Source: an uncultured Gammaproteobacteria bacterium (GTDB lineage: Bacteria; Pseudomonadota; Gammaproteobacteria; Steroidobacterales; Steroidobacteraceae). Taken from it: a stretch of 64,000 nucleotides of DNA. The notes beneath the pieces are model-generated. The model ran no database searches, was not told where the DNA came from, and saw nothing but the letters and a program-made list of their open reading frames with translations. Numbering within the stretch: position 1 is the stretch's first letter; every line of letters starts with the position of its first letter. Below, one piece after another: positions 8,706 to 18,900 of the stretch. Made by a program: the position numbers and the translations under genes. The stretch lies in contig CAWJMS010000033.1 in the NCBI GenBank assembly GCA_963843985.1, positions 278,951 to 342,950 on the forward strand, written 5' to 3'.

Positions 8706-10066
8706 ATGAACCTTCTGATCACGAATTCGCAGGAAATCCAAGCGTACACGATCATGCGTTCGCTGCGGCCGTTCGCGCGGAAGGTCGTGATCACCGTGGG
8801 CGGGGACTCCGTGAATCACACGGGCTTCGAAGGCATGTTGCCGCACTCGCGTTTCATCGACGCGAAGCATCCCGTCCCCTACTTCGCCGGGGACTGGCTG
8901 GCCGGCCGGCTCGACGACGCCAATACCGACGCCGAGGAATCCTACGTCCGGCGCATCGAGGAGATCTGTCGGCTCGAGAAGATCGACGTCATCTTCCCGT
9001 CGCTGGATCCCGAGGTGTACGTCTTCGCCAAGAACAAGGAACGCTTCCTGAAGCAGGGCGTCGTCACGGTGGTGCCGGATGCCGAGACCATCCGCGTGCC
9101 GATGGACAAGGGGCTGACCATGCTGGCGGCACAGCGCGCCGGCTTTCCCTGCCCCCTGCACGTACGTTCTCGAATCGGCGGACGGCGTCGGCCGGATCCT
9201 GGCCGAGAGCGGCCCGCCCTGGCTCGTCAAGCCGCGCTTCACCGCGCATGCGCTCAACATGATCCTGGTCAAGGATTCCTCCGAGCTCCAGGCCGCGGTC
9301 GCGAAAGTCAGCGAGGCGTACGGCATGCCGATCGTGCAGGAATTCATCGGGGGCCTGCAGCGGCAGAATTACTACGTGACCGTGGATCGCAGCGGCAGGA
9401 TTCTCTCGCTGCTCAGTCCCCGAGCCACGCGCATGTACGACTGGGGCACGTATCGCGTCTCCACCAAGACGGCCATATCGGCATCGGCCGCCCCGTACCT
9501 CGAGGAGATGTGCGCCCTGCTGGCCGAACTCGGCCTGTGGGGTGGCGTACACGATCCAGACCAAGGTCGACCCGCGCGACGGCATCCCGAAGCTCATGGA
9601 GATCAACGCGCGACTCGGCCAGCACCTCTGGTGGCGGACCGGCCTCGGCGTCAACGAACCGATGATCTGCCTGCAGCTGGCCCGCGGTGAGCAACCCTCC
9701 GGCGACTACCGTTTCCGCGACGGCGTGATGTTGCTCGACCCGTTCCACGACTTTTTCATCCTGTATCCACTGTCGATCTACTCGTGCTTCCGGACGCTGG
9801 AACGGTTGCTCGGCCGCGGCCGCGCCGGACCGCCTTCGGACCCGGGAACCGAGCCGGGCTTCTGGTCGACGTTCGGGCTCTATGCCAGGGACTACCTGAA
9901 TTTCAGGCCCAGGGTGCTCTGCCCGGAGATCGGCAACCTGCTGAGCGACCCGATGCCATGCCTGCAGGCCTTCAGATTCAGTTTCAGGCGCACGACGGCG
10001 CCGCACTTGCGTCGCATCGCAGACTTCTTCACGACGCGCTTCCGGCGGTTGTTCGGCAATGCGTGA
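8706..10066 (+). CDS. ATP-grasp domain ligase (two apparent frameshifts)
   Basis: Three collinear frame segments: 8706-~9158, ~9160-~9540 and ~9540-10066. ATP-grasp-like motifs include PWLVKPRFTAHALNMILVKD, MPIVQEFIGG and PKLMEINARLG. The first break is at a C5 run near 9158. Confidence 0.65.
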
Positions 10067-10147
10067 ACCGCGACTCGGATCCTCATGAATCGAAAGCGGA
10101 CCGTTGCGAGGTGGCGGCAACCGGTCCGACAAAGGGGGGCAACGGCC

Positions 10148-12103
10148 ATGTCGAACATGATCTTCGCGGCGAAGCACATGCCGCGCTGGCGCTCGACGCT
10201 CGCGCTGTCGCTGGTATCGGCCCTGACCTGTCACGTAGTGCGTGCCGGCGACTTGCCGGCCGACTCCAGCCTTGCGGCGGACGTCTTCCCGCTGCCGGCG
10301 ATTACCGTGACCGCCACCCGGATCGTCGAGGCTCCGCCGACGCTGGTCGTGCGGGACGTTTCGGTTGCAGACCTCGATGCATACAACGCGCATACCGTCG
10401 GCGAGGGCCTGACGCCGATCTCGGGCGTCAACGTCCAGAACGGCGGCACCTCCGGCGACTCACGAGCATGGATCCGCGGCTACCGGGACCGCGACACGCT
10501 CGTGTTGTTCGACGGCATCCCGATCGCATCCGGTTTCGAGGGCACCATCGACCTCAACGAGATCGCGACCGAGCAGGTCGCCGGGATCAAGGTGTTGAAA
10601 TCCGCGCCGTCGGTGATCTACGGCACGAACGGCATGGGCGGCGTGATCGACATCCTGCCGCGCAACGGCACGGATGCGAGCCTGCTGGCCGGGGAGTTCG
10701 AAGTCGGCACGGACAATCGCCTGCTGGCGCGCGCCAGTTCGGGCGCCGGCAACGGCAACCTGAGCTACCTGCTCTCGCTCAGCCACGATCGCGCGGAGGA
10801 TTACGCGCTCTCTGACGACTACCGGGGCGAACTCAATCAGCCGCCCGGCGACCGGGTCAACAGCGACTACCGTCGCGACAGCGTCTTCCTTTCACTGGAC
10901 GCCCAGGAGACCGCGGCCGGCCACCTGTCGTTGTTCTACAACCTCTCCGATGCGGAGAAGGGCCTGCCGCCGACGGCCGGCGTCGAGGATCCGGATTACC
11001 AGCGGCTGACTCGCTCGCGGCGTCAGACCGTCGGCGTGTCGGATCGGCTCTCGTCCATCCCGCTGGCCGTGAAGGCGTATTACAACAGTTACGACAGTGA
11101 TCTGACCACCTACACCGACGGCACGTACACGCTGGTGGACGACGTCGAGAAGACGCAGGACTACTCGTACGGTGTGAAGCTCTACTCGACGCTGCAGACG
11201 CACCCGAACAACACGATCGTGCTGCATGCAGCGGGGCAATCGGACGTGTTCGAGGGCGAAGGTCAACTCGAGGACGGCAACCGGGCCGAGATCACCACGT
11301 GGACCGCCGCGGTCGAGGACCAGTTCCTGATCACGAAGACGCTTTCGCTGGCGGCGGGCGGCATCTACAACCTGTTCGACCAGACGCTGCTGAATCGATC
11401 CAGCTCTGCATTCAACCCGCAGCTGGCCGTCGCCTGGCAGACCACCGACCGGCTGGCCCTGCATGCTTCGGCCGCGCAGCGCACGCGCTTTCCGAAGCTG
11501 CGCGAGCTGTACCGGCGCCGGTACGGCAATCCGGATCTCGACCCGCAGACGGCCGAAAACTACGAGATCGGGTTCACGTTCGCGCACACGTCGCGCTACC
11601 AGTCGGACGTCGCCGTGTTCCACAGCGACGTCGACGGACTGATCGAGCGTCCGGACCGACGGTCGACGTACCAGAACCTGCCCAAAGTCACGATCGACGG
11701 CGTCGAGGCTTCCACGGGCGGATGGGTCTCGGACCAGCTGTACACCCGGCTCTCGTACACCTACGTCAAGGCGGACGAATCATTGCCAGACGGCAAGAGC
11801 CGGCAGTTGCGCAGCCGGCCGGAACATACCGCACAGGCCGAGGTGCGCTACCGCTTCCCGTGGCAGATCGTCGGCTCCGCCAACGGCATCTACATCGCCG
11901 GCCTGCACGACCTCGACGACAATGACGTCTACGTGAAACTGGACAGTTACTTCGTCGCGAACCTGAAAGCCTCGAAGGTCTTCAACGACACGCTGTCGGG
12001 CTACATGGCGGTCACCAACCTGCTGGACGAGAACTACGAACAACGCCTCGGCGATCCACGCGAGGGCCGTGCCGTGCGCGTCGGCTTCGACCTGCAGCTC
12101 TGA
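10148..12103 (+). CDS. TonB-dependent outer-membrane receptor
   Basis: Intact ORF with signal peptide (MPRWRSTLALSLVSALTCHVVRA). Plug region has PAITVTATRI, DTLVLFDGIPI and IKVLKSAPSVIYGTNGMGGVIDI, followed by a long Tyr/Asp/Ser-rich barrel. The start is ambiguous (10085, 10148 or 10178). Confidence 0.85.
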   Translation: MSNMIFAAKHMPRWRSTLALSLVSALTCHVVRAGDLPADSSLAADVFPLPAITVTATRIVEAPPTLVVRDVSVADLDAYNAHTVGEGLTPISGVNVQNGGTSGDSRAWIRGYRDRDTLVLFDGIPIASGFEGTIDLNEIATEQVAGIKVLKSAPSVIYGTNGMGGVIDILPRNGTDASLLAGEFEVGTDNRLLARASSGAGNGNLSYLLSLSHDRAEDYALSDDYRGELNQPPGDRVNSDYRRDSVFLSLDAQETAAGHLSLFYNLSDAEKGLPPTAGVEDPDYQRLTRSRRQTVGVSDRLSSIPLAVKAYYNSYDSDLTTYTDGTYTLVDDVEKTQDYSYGVKLYSTLQTHPNNTIVLHAAGQSDVFEGEGQLEDGNRAEITTWTAAVEDQFLITKTLSLAAGGIYNLFDQTLLNRSSSAFNPQLAVAWQTTDRLALHASAAQRTRFPKLRELYRRRYGNPDLDPQTAENYEIGFTFAHTSRYQSDVAVFHSDVDGLIERPDRRSTYQNLPKVTIDGVEASTGGWVSDQLYTRLSYTYVKADESLPDGKSRQLRSRPEHTAQAEVRYRFPWQIVGSANGIYIAGLHDLDDNDVYVKLDSYFVANLKASKVFNDTLSGYMAVTNLLDENYEQRLGDPREGRAVRVGFDLQL

Positions 12104-12105
12104 AC

Positions 12106-13217
12106 ATGCGCGAGTCGCTCTTCCATCCCCGCAGGAGCGCGGTCACGCCCGCCGCGTTGGCGTGGATCCTCGCCGGCTGGCTGATCGCGGTCGAATCGGC
12201 GCCGGCCGCGCCCGCCTCCTGCGCGATGCTGTCGGGGTCCACGATGCGGCTGATCGTGCCGCACAATCCCGCCGGCGGCTACGACGCATACGCTCGCCTG
12301 CTGCAGCCGTTCCTCGAGAAGGAACTTCACGCGACGATCGTCGTCGACAACCGGCCGGGCGCCGGCGGGCTGATCGGCGCGGCCGCGGTCCTGGATGCGG
12401 CACCGGACGGCAGGACCCTCGGCATCCTCAATGCGGCCGGGCTGCTCGCGGCGCGTCTCGACCAGCAAGCGCCGGATCCGGCCACCGATTTCACGGTCGT
12501 CGCTCGGCTGCTCAGCAATCGAACGGTACTGGTGACGGCGCAGAATTCCGGCGTCCGCAGCCTCGACGACCTTCTGCGCCTGTCGGCCAGGCGGTCGATC
12601 ATCATCGGCGTGCGCGATGCGGGTTCAGCCAGCTTCTTCACCGTGCCTGTCGTCGCTTCGCTCGTCGGGCTGAACTATGAACTCGTCACCGGGTACGACG
12701 GCAACGCCGCACGGGCGCTCGCCGCCATCCGAGGTGAAGTCGACCTGCTGGTGCAGAACCTGGATTCCGTGCAGCGTTTGATCGCCGACGGCGAGTTGCG
12801 ACCGCTGCTGCAGTTGGCCGGCACGCGGCCAGGCGCCCGGCCCGGGCCGAACGAAGCGCTCCTCGTGAACGTTCCGGTGCTAGACGGGGAAACGGGTGTG
12901 GCGCAACGGCGGGCCAAGGGACGGGCCGAACCCGGGCGCAGGCGATGCAGCAGGCGGAAGCCCTCGCCGCGATGATCGACGCAGGGCGACTGATCGTGGC
13001 GCCCGCCAGACTGCCGGACGACACGCGCCGTTGTCTCGAGTCGGCGGTCGGCAAGGTGCTCGAGAGCCCGGGCTTCCAGGCAGCGGCGACACGCGCCAAG
13101 CTCAGCATCGAACCGGCGAATGCCGCGGAAGCACGCGCCGACATCGCGACCGCTACCCGTGCGGTGGCGCAGTTCGCGCCGCTGGTGAAGGCGGCGATGC
13201 AACGGGCCAGGCAGTAA
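12106..13217 (+). CDS. tctC: tripartite tricarboxylate transporter substrate-binding protein (Bug/TctC family), one apparent frameshift
   Basis: Starts 3 nt after the TonB receptor stop. The motif PAGGYDAYARLLQPFLEKEL...VVDNRPGAGG is typical of Bug/TctC. The C-terminal part continues in the frame of ORF 12945..13217. Confidence 0.7.
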
Positions 13218-13240
13218 CAGCGGCACGACCCAGCTGCAAC

Positions 13241-14771
13241 GACGCGGACGCATCCATCATCGATGCCGCGCTCGAAGGCCTGCGACTGGTCTTCTCCTGG
13301 CCGTACATCGTGTACCCGATCGCCGCGACGCTCGTGGCGATGATGTTTTCAGCCACACCGGGGCTCAACAGTTCGTCGCTGATGGCGCTGGTGATTCCGA
13401 TGCCATCTGCCTCGGACTCGCTGCCGGTCATGCTCGTTTTCGGCGCGCTCGTCGGCGGCGCCACGTTCATGGGATCGGTCACCGCGATCCTCTTCAACAT
13501 TCCGGGCAAGGCGTCGAACGCCGTCACCCTGCTCGACGGCTATCCCATGACGCAACAGGGCCAGGCCAAGACGGCCATCGGCTGCGCGGCCGCGTCGTCG
13601 GCTCTCGGCTCGACGCTGGGAATCGCCGTGCTCATCGGCCTGCTGCCGATCATGCGCCAGGCAGCGGTGGCCCTCGGTCCTGCCGAATACCTGATGCTCG
13701 CAATCTGGGGCCTGACGACGCTGGCCGCGCTGACGGGCAATTCGCTGGTGAAGGGTTTGATCGCCGCCGGGCTCGGGCTGCAACTCGCGTTCATCGGCCA
13801 CGATCCGCGGACCGCCGAACCTCGATTCACGTTCGGCATCGACTACCTGCAGGACGGGCTCAGCCTCGTGCCGGTTCTGCTCGGCCTGTTCGCGCTCGCC
13901 GAAGTCATCGATCTCATGGTGAGTGGCCGCGAGACGCTGTCCGGCCAGCGACGCCTGCAGGACCTCACCGGCAGCGTCACAGAAGGCGTGCGCAGTGTCT
14001 TCCGGCATTTCGGGTTGCTGGTGCGTTCGTCCGTCATCGGCGTACTTGTCGGCGCCATCCCCGGCATCGGCGGGTCGGTGGCCGGCTTCGTGGCGTACGG
14101 ACACGCCAGTCAGACCGCGCGTGACCGGTCGCGGTGTCGGCAAGGGCGACATCCGTGGTGTGCTGGCGCCAGAAGCCGCCGCCGACGCCAAGGACGGCGG
14201 CGCGCTGGTGCCGACGCTGGCGCTCGGCATCCCGGGAGGTACCGGGACGGCGATGCTGCTCGGCGTGCTGACGTTGCACGGGCTCAATCCGGGCGCGAAC
14301 TGCTGTCGAACAACCTCGTGCTCGTGTTCGTGCTGATCTGGTCGCTGTTCCTGTCGAACTGGCTCACCTCGCTGCTCGGCCTGTCGCTGGTCACACCGAT
14401 GGCCAGGCTCAGCACGCTGCGTACGTCGCGCCTCGTGCCGGTGATCCTGCACGCTCGCAATGCTGGGCGTCGGCGCAGTACCGCGGCCTCGCTGCGGACG
14501 CCGTCTGCGCGGTGGCCTTCGGGCTCGTCGGCTTCATGATGAAGCGCCACCGCTGGCACCGCGTGCCCATGGTGATCGCGATGTCGCTGGCGCCGCTGTT
14601 CGAGACCAACCTGCACCTCACGCTGCGCCTGCAGACCCTGGGCGCATCGACTTCTGGTCGCGGCCGGTGGTGCTGGTGCTGCTCGCGCTGATCGTGCTCA
14701 ACATGTTCCTGCCGGCACTGCTGACGAAGCTGCGGGAAATCCGCGCGCAGCGCGAGGCGCTGATCGCGTGA
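13241..14771 (+). CDS. tctA: tripartite tricarboxylate transporter permease TctA (at least 3 apparent frameshifts; start uncertain)
   Basis: Polytopic membrane sequence spread over three frames. Segments include LVFSWPYIVYPIAATLVAMMFSATPGL..., GDIRGVLAPEAAADAKDGGALVPTLALGIPGGTGTAMLLGVL..., and ...FWSRPVVLVLLALIVLNMFLP. No clean start codon was found because of the frame errors. Confidence 0.65.
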
Positions 14772-15246
14772 CGCCGCGCGCGACACCGCTGCGCTTCCTG
14801 CGCCGCAGCTGGGACACCGTGGTCGTCGCGCTCGCGGTCGCGACGCTGCTCGCGATGTCCATATCGCTGAGCCGGATCGCGGGCTGGATTCCCCGCCTCG
14901 TCCTCGCCATCACGTTTGCGCTGGTGGTCCTGCAACTCGGTCATCGAGTTTCGCGAACTCGGGCCGGGGCCGGCTGGGACGCCGCCGGCTCGTCTAGGCC
15001 CATGCGTCCGGCCGCCCGGTGGTGGTCGTGCTGTGGATCGCAGGCCTGATGCTGGCCGTGCTGCTCTTCGGCAACGTGATCGGCAACTCGCTGTTCTGCC
15101 TCGCCTACCTGCGCTGGCATGCTCACGAGCCCTGGCCGACGAGCAGCTTCATCGCCGTATCGCTAGGCGCGAGCGTGCAGCTGATCTTCGGCCTGCTGCT
15201 GCGCGCGCAGCTCCACACCGGCTGGCTCTGGCACCTCGCGCAGTAG
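14768..15246 (+). CDS. small integral membrane protein, possibly TctB-like (one apparent frameshift)
   Basis: The GTG start overlaps the tctA stop (GTGA). Hydrophobic segments are VVVALAVATLLAMSISL, LVLAITFALVVLQL, VVLWIAGLMLAVLLFGNVIG and SFIAVSLGASVQLIFGLLL. The family call is weak. Confidence 0.35.
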
Positions 15247-15302
15247 GCTGTGCAATGGCCCGGAACGCTTTGCGGCTCCCGGAGCACGTCAGGTCGCGCG
15301 GC

Positions 15303-15921
15303 TCAACTGCCCTTCTCGTCGAGCACCAGCCGGGTAACCGTCGCCATGTCGGCGACGGAAGCGTCGGAGAACGACGCGCGCAGCCGTCCGGCCTTGTCCA
15401 CCAGGAAGACCTGGCTGGAGTGGAAGTACCCGTAGTTGCCCATCGCATCCGGTTGGTCTTTGAACGCCACCGCGGTGAAGCGCGCCGCGATGTTGGCCAC
15501 GGCACGAGGATTGCCGGTGAGGCCGATGAAGTCGGGGGAAAAGGACGCGAGGTACTTCTTCATGACCGCGGGAGTGTCCCGCTCGCCGTCCACGCTGATC
15601 ATGACCACCCGGGCCGCTCTGCAGGGCTCCGCCACTCGACTCATGCAGCAGCTTCAGTTTCGTCAGGGCGGCCGGACAGACGTCCGGGCAGTGGGTGAAC
15701 CCGAAGAAGACGAGCGTCGGCGCGCCGCGCAGGCTCGCAAAGTTGCGAGGTCGTCCGTTGTGGTCCGTCAGTTCGAAATCCGCGATCGCCTTCGGCGCGG
15801 CAATCACCGTCACCCGCTCCAGCGCAGGAAACGGCGACGGCGGGCTTGCAGTGCGCGCGGCTCCGGGCAACATCACCAGGCAAACCAGCAGCGTCGACAC
15901 CGGCACACGGATGGCCATCAT
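15303..15921 (-). CDS. SCO1/SenC family copper chaperone (thioredoxin fold), one apparent frameshift
   Basis: Signal/anchor MMAIRVPVSTLLVCLVMLPGAA and CxxxC motif FGFTHCPDVCP. The C-terminal half (VMISVDGERDTP...GYFHSSQVFLVDKAGRL) lies in the frame of ORF 15303..15644. A GAGGG sits before the ATG at 15921. The gene starts 61 nt downstream of the oxidase-peroxidase gene on the same strand. Confidence 0.75.
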
Positions 15922-15982
15922 GACGCCCTCATGAGAGCCATTGCGCAGCAACGTCGCGTCTGACGCCAAACCGGCCAACCAG

Positions 15983-18900
15983 TCAGTTCGTGTACAGGCG
16001 GCTCGCCGGGATCGCCACGTAGGATGTCGTGCCGGGCGTCTTCCAGCGGAGCTGGGCCACGGCCTGGCCGCCATTCTCGTAGAACTCCATCTTGATCGTG
16101 TAGCGCGTGCCGCCGGTCAGCGCAATCGTCGCGCTGTTGTTCGTCGATGCGGCGTGGTTGGTCCAGTTGTTGATGACCTGGACCCCGTTGATCCACAGGC
16201 GCACGCCGTCGTCCGAATTGGTCTGGAACTGGAAGTTGCCGGTCGATGAGGCTTCCACGGTGCCGGTCCATCGCACCGAGAACTTGTCCTTGTTCACACC
16301 GGTGCCGGGAGATGCGTTGCCCCAGTTGAAGTTCACGGCCTCGGTGCGCTGCAGAACGACGGTACCCGTCAAGGTCATGTTGTTGAAATACTGACCCACC
16401 AGCCCCTTGCCGGAATTCTGCGTGCTCGTCGGCGCCGAGATCTCCTGTCCGCCGATCTCCTGGACGTATGCGACGAGATTCGGCAGGTCCGTGCCCGAGA
16501 CGGTGACGTTGTTGTGAGCCCGGATTGCGTCGCTCAGCGTCGACGCCGAACCGTCGTGCAGGTAGGGCGCGGTAGCCCAGACGTCGCGCAGCGTCGGAAT
16601 GTCGATCCCGGTCAACGCGCCACCCAGGCGGGAACCGCTGCTCGCTTTCAGCGTGCCGATGTTCTGCGGATTGTTGACGCCGCTGTTGGTGAAGGCCGTG
16701 CCGCCGTGGCAGCCCGCGCAGTTCCTGGCGGTGAATACGGCGCGTCCCGCGGTGGCCGCGGCGCTGAGGCTGCCATCCGAGTTGCGCCACGGGCTGGACG
16801 CGAACGTGTTGAGCGAGGCGACGTAGGCCGCCAGGGCGTCCAGGTCGCTGCTCACGCCCGCCTTGGCAGTCGCCGAGAGGCTGGCTGCGCGTGCCGGTGT
16901 TGAACTGCGCGTCGGTCATCAGCCCGCTGCCGCCGGCGAGATTGCGGATCTGGCCCTCGAAGTCCTGCACCTCGTCGAAGTTGTTGCTCCAGTGCAGGAA
17001 GCCCTGCGCCGTGGCGGCGCGACCGCGCAGATCGATGGTGTTGCGCAGCCCCTCGCCGAAGCCGGTCAGGTCCCAGACCCGGCCGTCGTGGCCGCCATCG
17101 TTGTGGCACGACGCGCAGCTGATGTAGGCATCGCGCGCGAGCCGCGTGTCCTTCGCATCGTAGAAGAGCTGCTTGCCCTTCAGCACGGTGGCGCTCAGCT
17201 TCTCGGCGCCGACGGCCGCGAGCGTCGCGCGCAGCGGCACGTCGATCGCGCCGTCCACCAGCAGCGACGTGAGGTCGAACACGCTGACGGTCCGATCCAT
17301 GAAGTTGCTGACGTAGAGCGTCCGACCGTCGGCCGACAGCGCCAGGCCTTGCGGCGCGCGACCCACGTCGATGCGGAAGATCTGCCAGTCGTCGTACGCG
17401 CTGACGATCGCGACCTGGCGGCTCGACTCCAGTGCGACGAACATGTACACGCCCGACTGGTCGAACAGCGGCGGCACTCGCGACGCCGGAGTTGTCGAAA
17501 TCGAGGCGCGCCGCGTAGTCCTCGGTGCCGCCCGCGAGGTCGATGCGCGAACCGATGGCGCGCACCGTGCTCTGGAAGTCCAGGCCGCGGCCATCGCGCA
17601 ACATGCCCCGCTGGATATTGTCCTGCTTCGAAGGCACCCATGCGGACTGGCCGTCCGGCGACAGAGCGGTGGCGCCGAGGTAGTTCGGCACGCCGCGGCC
17701 CTGGTTCTCGGCATCCGGCTTGTCGCTGTGGCGCAGCACGATGGTTTGCTGCGGCACCAGTGACGCTGCGTCGACGACGACAACCTGGCCGCCGGTTGGC
17801 ACGCCGCCAGCCGACGTCTGCACGACCGCGGTGCTCTCCCCCGGCTGGGCCGGTGTGATGAATCTCGAGACGTAGACCCGGCTTGCCGCCGCTGTCGACC
17901 GACACATGCCGCGGGTTCGCGCCGACGTCGACACTGCCCGCCTGCGTGTAACCGGCCACATCCATTTTCAGCAGCTTGCCCGAAGCCTCCAGCGCCACGT
18001 AGGCGAACCCGCCCGTGGGCGCCATCGCGATGCCGAACGGCTGCGACGCGAACGGCAGGCCGAGCGTGCGCGTGACGGCGAGCGTGGACGGGTTGATGAC
18101 GCTGATGGTCGCGCTCTGCTTGTTGGTCACCCAGATCTCGCCGTTCGGCGCGATGGCCAGGGTACGCGGCGCGGTGCCCACGGTGATCTCCGCCAGTTTC
18201 GCGTTGGTCACGGCGTCGAAGACGCTGACCGAGTCGTTGTCCTGGTTGACCACCCACAGGCGGTCGTTGGCGCCGGCCCGGTCCTCGAAGGCGATGTTGG
18301 ACGACACGGCCGGACGATTCGCCGAGAGCGGCAGGTGCACCGTCTGCACCACGGTCTTCGTCTGCGGCAACCCGCTGTCGTCGATCGCGGTGACCGTCAC
18401 GTAGTAGATGCCCGGCCTCGCGAAACTGTGCGTGATGCGTCGGCTCCGAGGACAAGTCGGTCTGGCGGCGTGCCGTCGTCGAAGTCCCACTGGTACCGGA
18501 CATTCGAGCCACCCGTCACGCTGACCGCAAAGGTCACCGGCTGCGCCGGCGAGCTGCGGCGGCCGGCGACGGCATCGGATTGATCGTCAACGCCCCGGCC
18601 ACGGTAATGGTCCAGACGAAGCTCTTGACGTCGTTGTTGACGCCGTCGCTCGCCGCCACCACGACGTTGTAGACACCGGGCACCGTCGCGGCGCCCGGAA
18701 ATCAGACCCGTGGTCCCGTTCAACGACAATCCCGCGGGCAAGCCGCTGGCGCCGAAGCCGAGGACGTCGCCGTTCGGATCCGAGGCGGACAGCTGCAGGG
18801 ACACCGGCGCGCCAACGAGGCCCGCCTGGTTGCCGGGATCGGCGAGCACTGGCGTCACCGCTGGATTGGGCACCGTCGCGACATTGACCTTCACGATGCG

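Noticed and set aside
8597-8794. A short ORF in the ABC/ATP-grasp divergent region as a RiPP precursor peptide.
   Set aside because: The 65-aa ORF overlaps both the promoter region and the ATP-grasp start on the opposite strand. It has no leader/core-like features such as a Thr/Ser/Asp/Glu-rich core. The ABC exporter also lacks a C39 peptidase domain.
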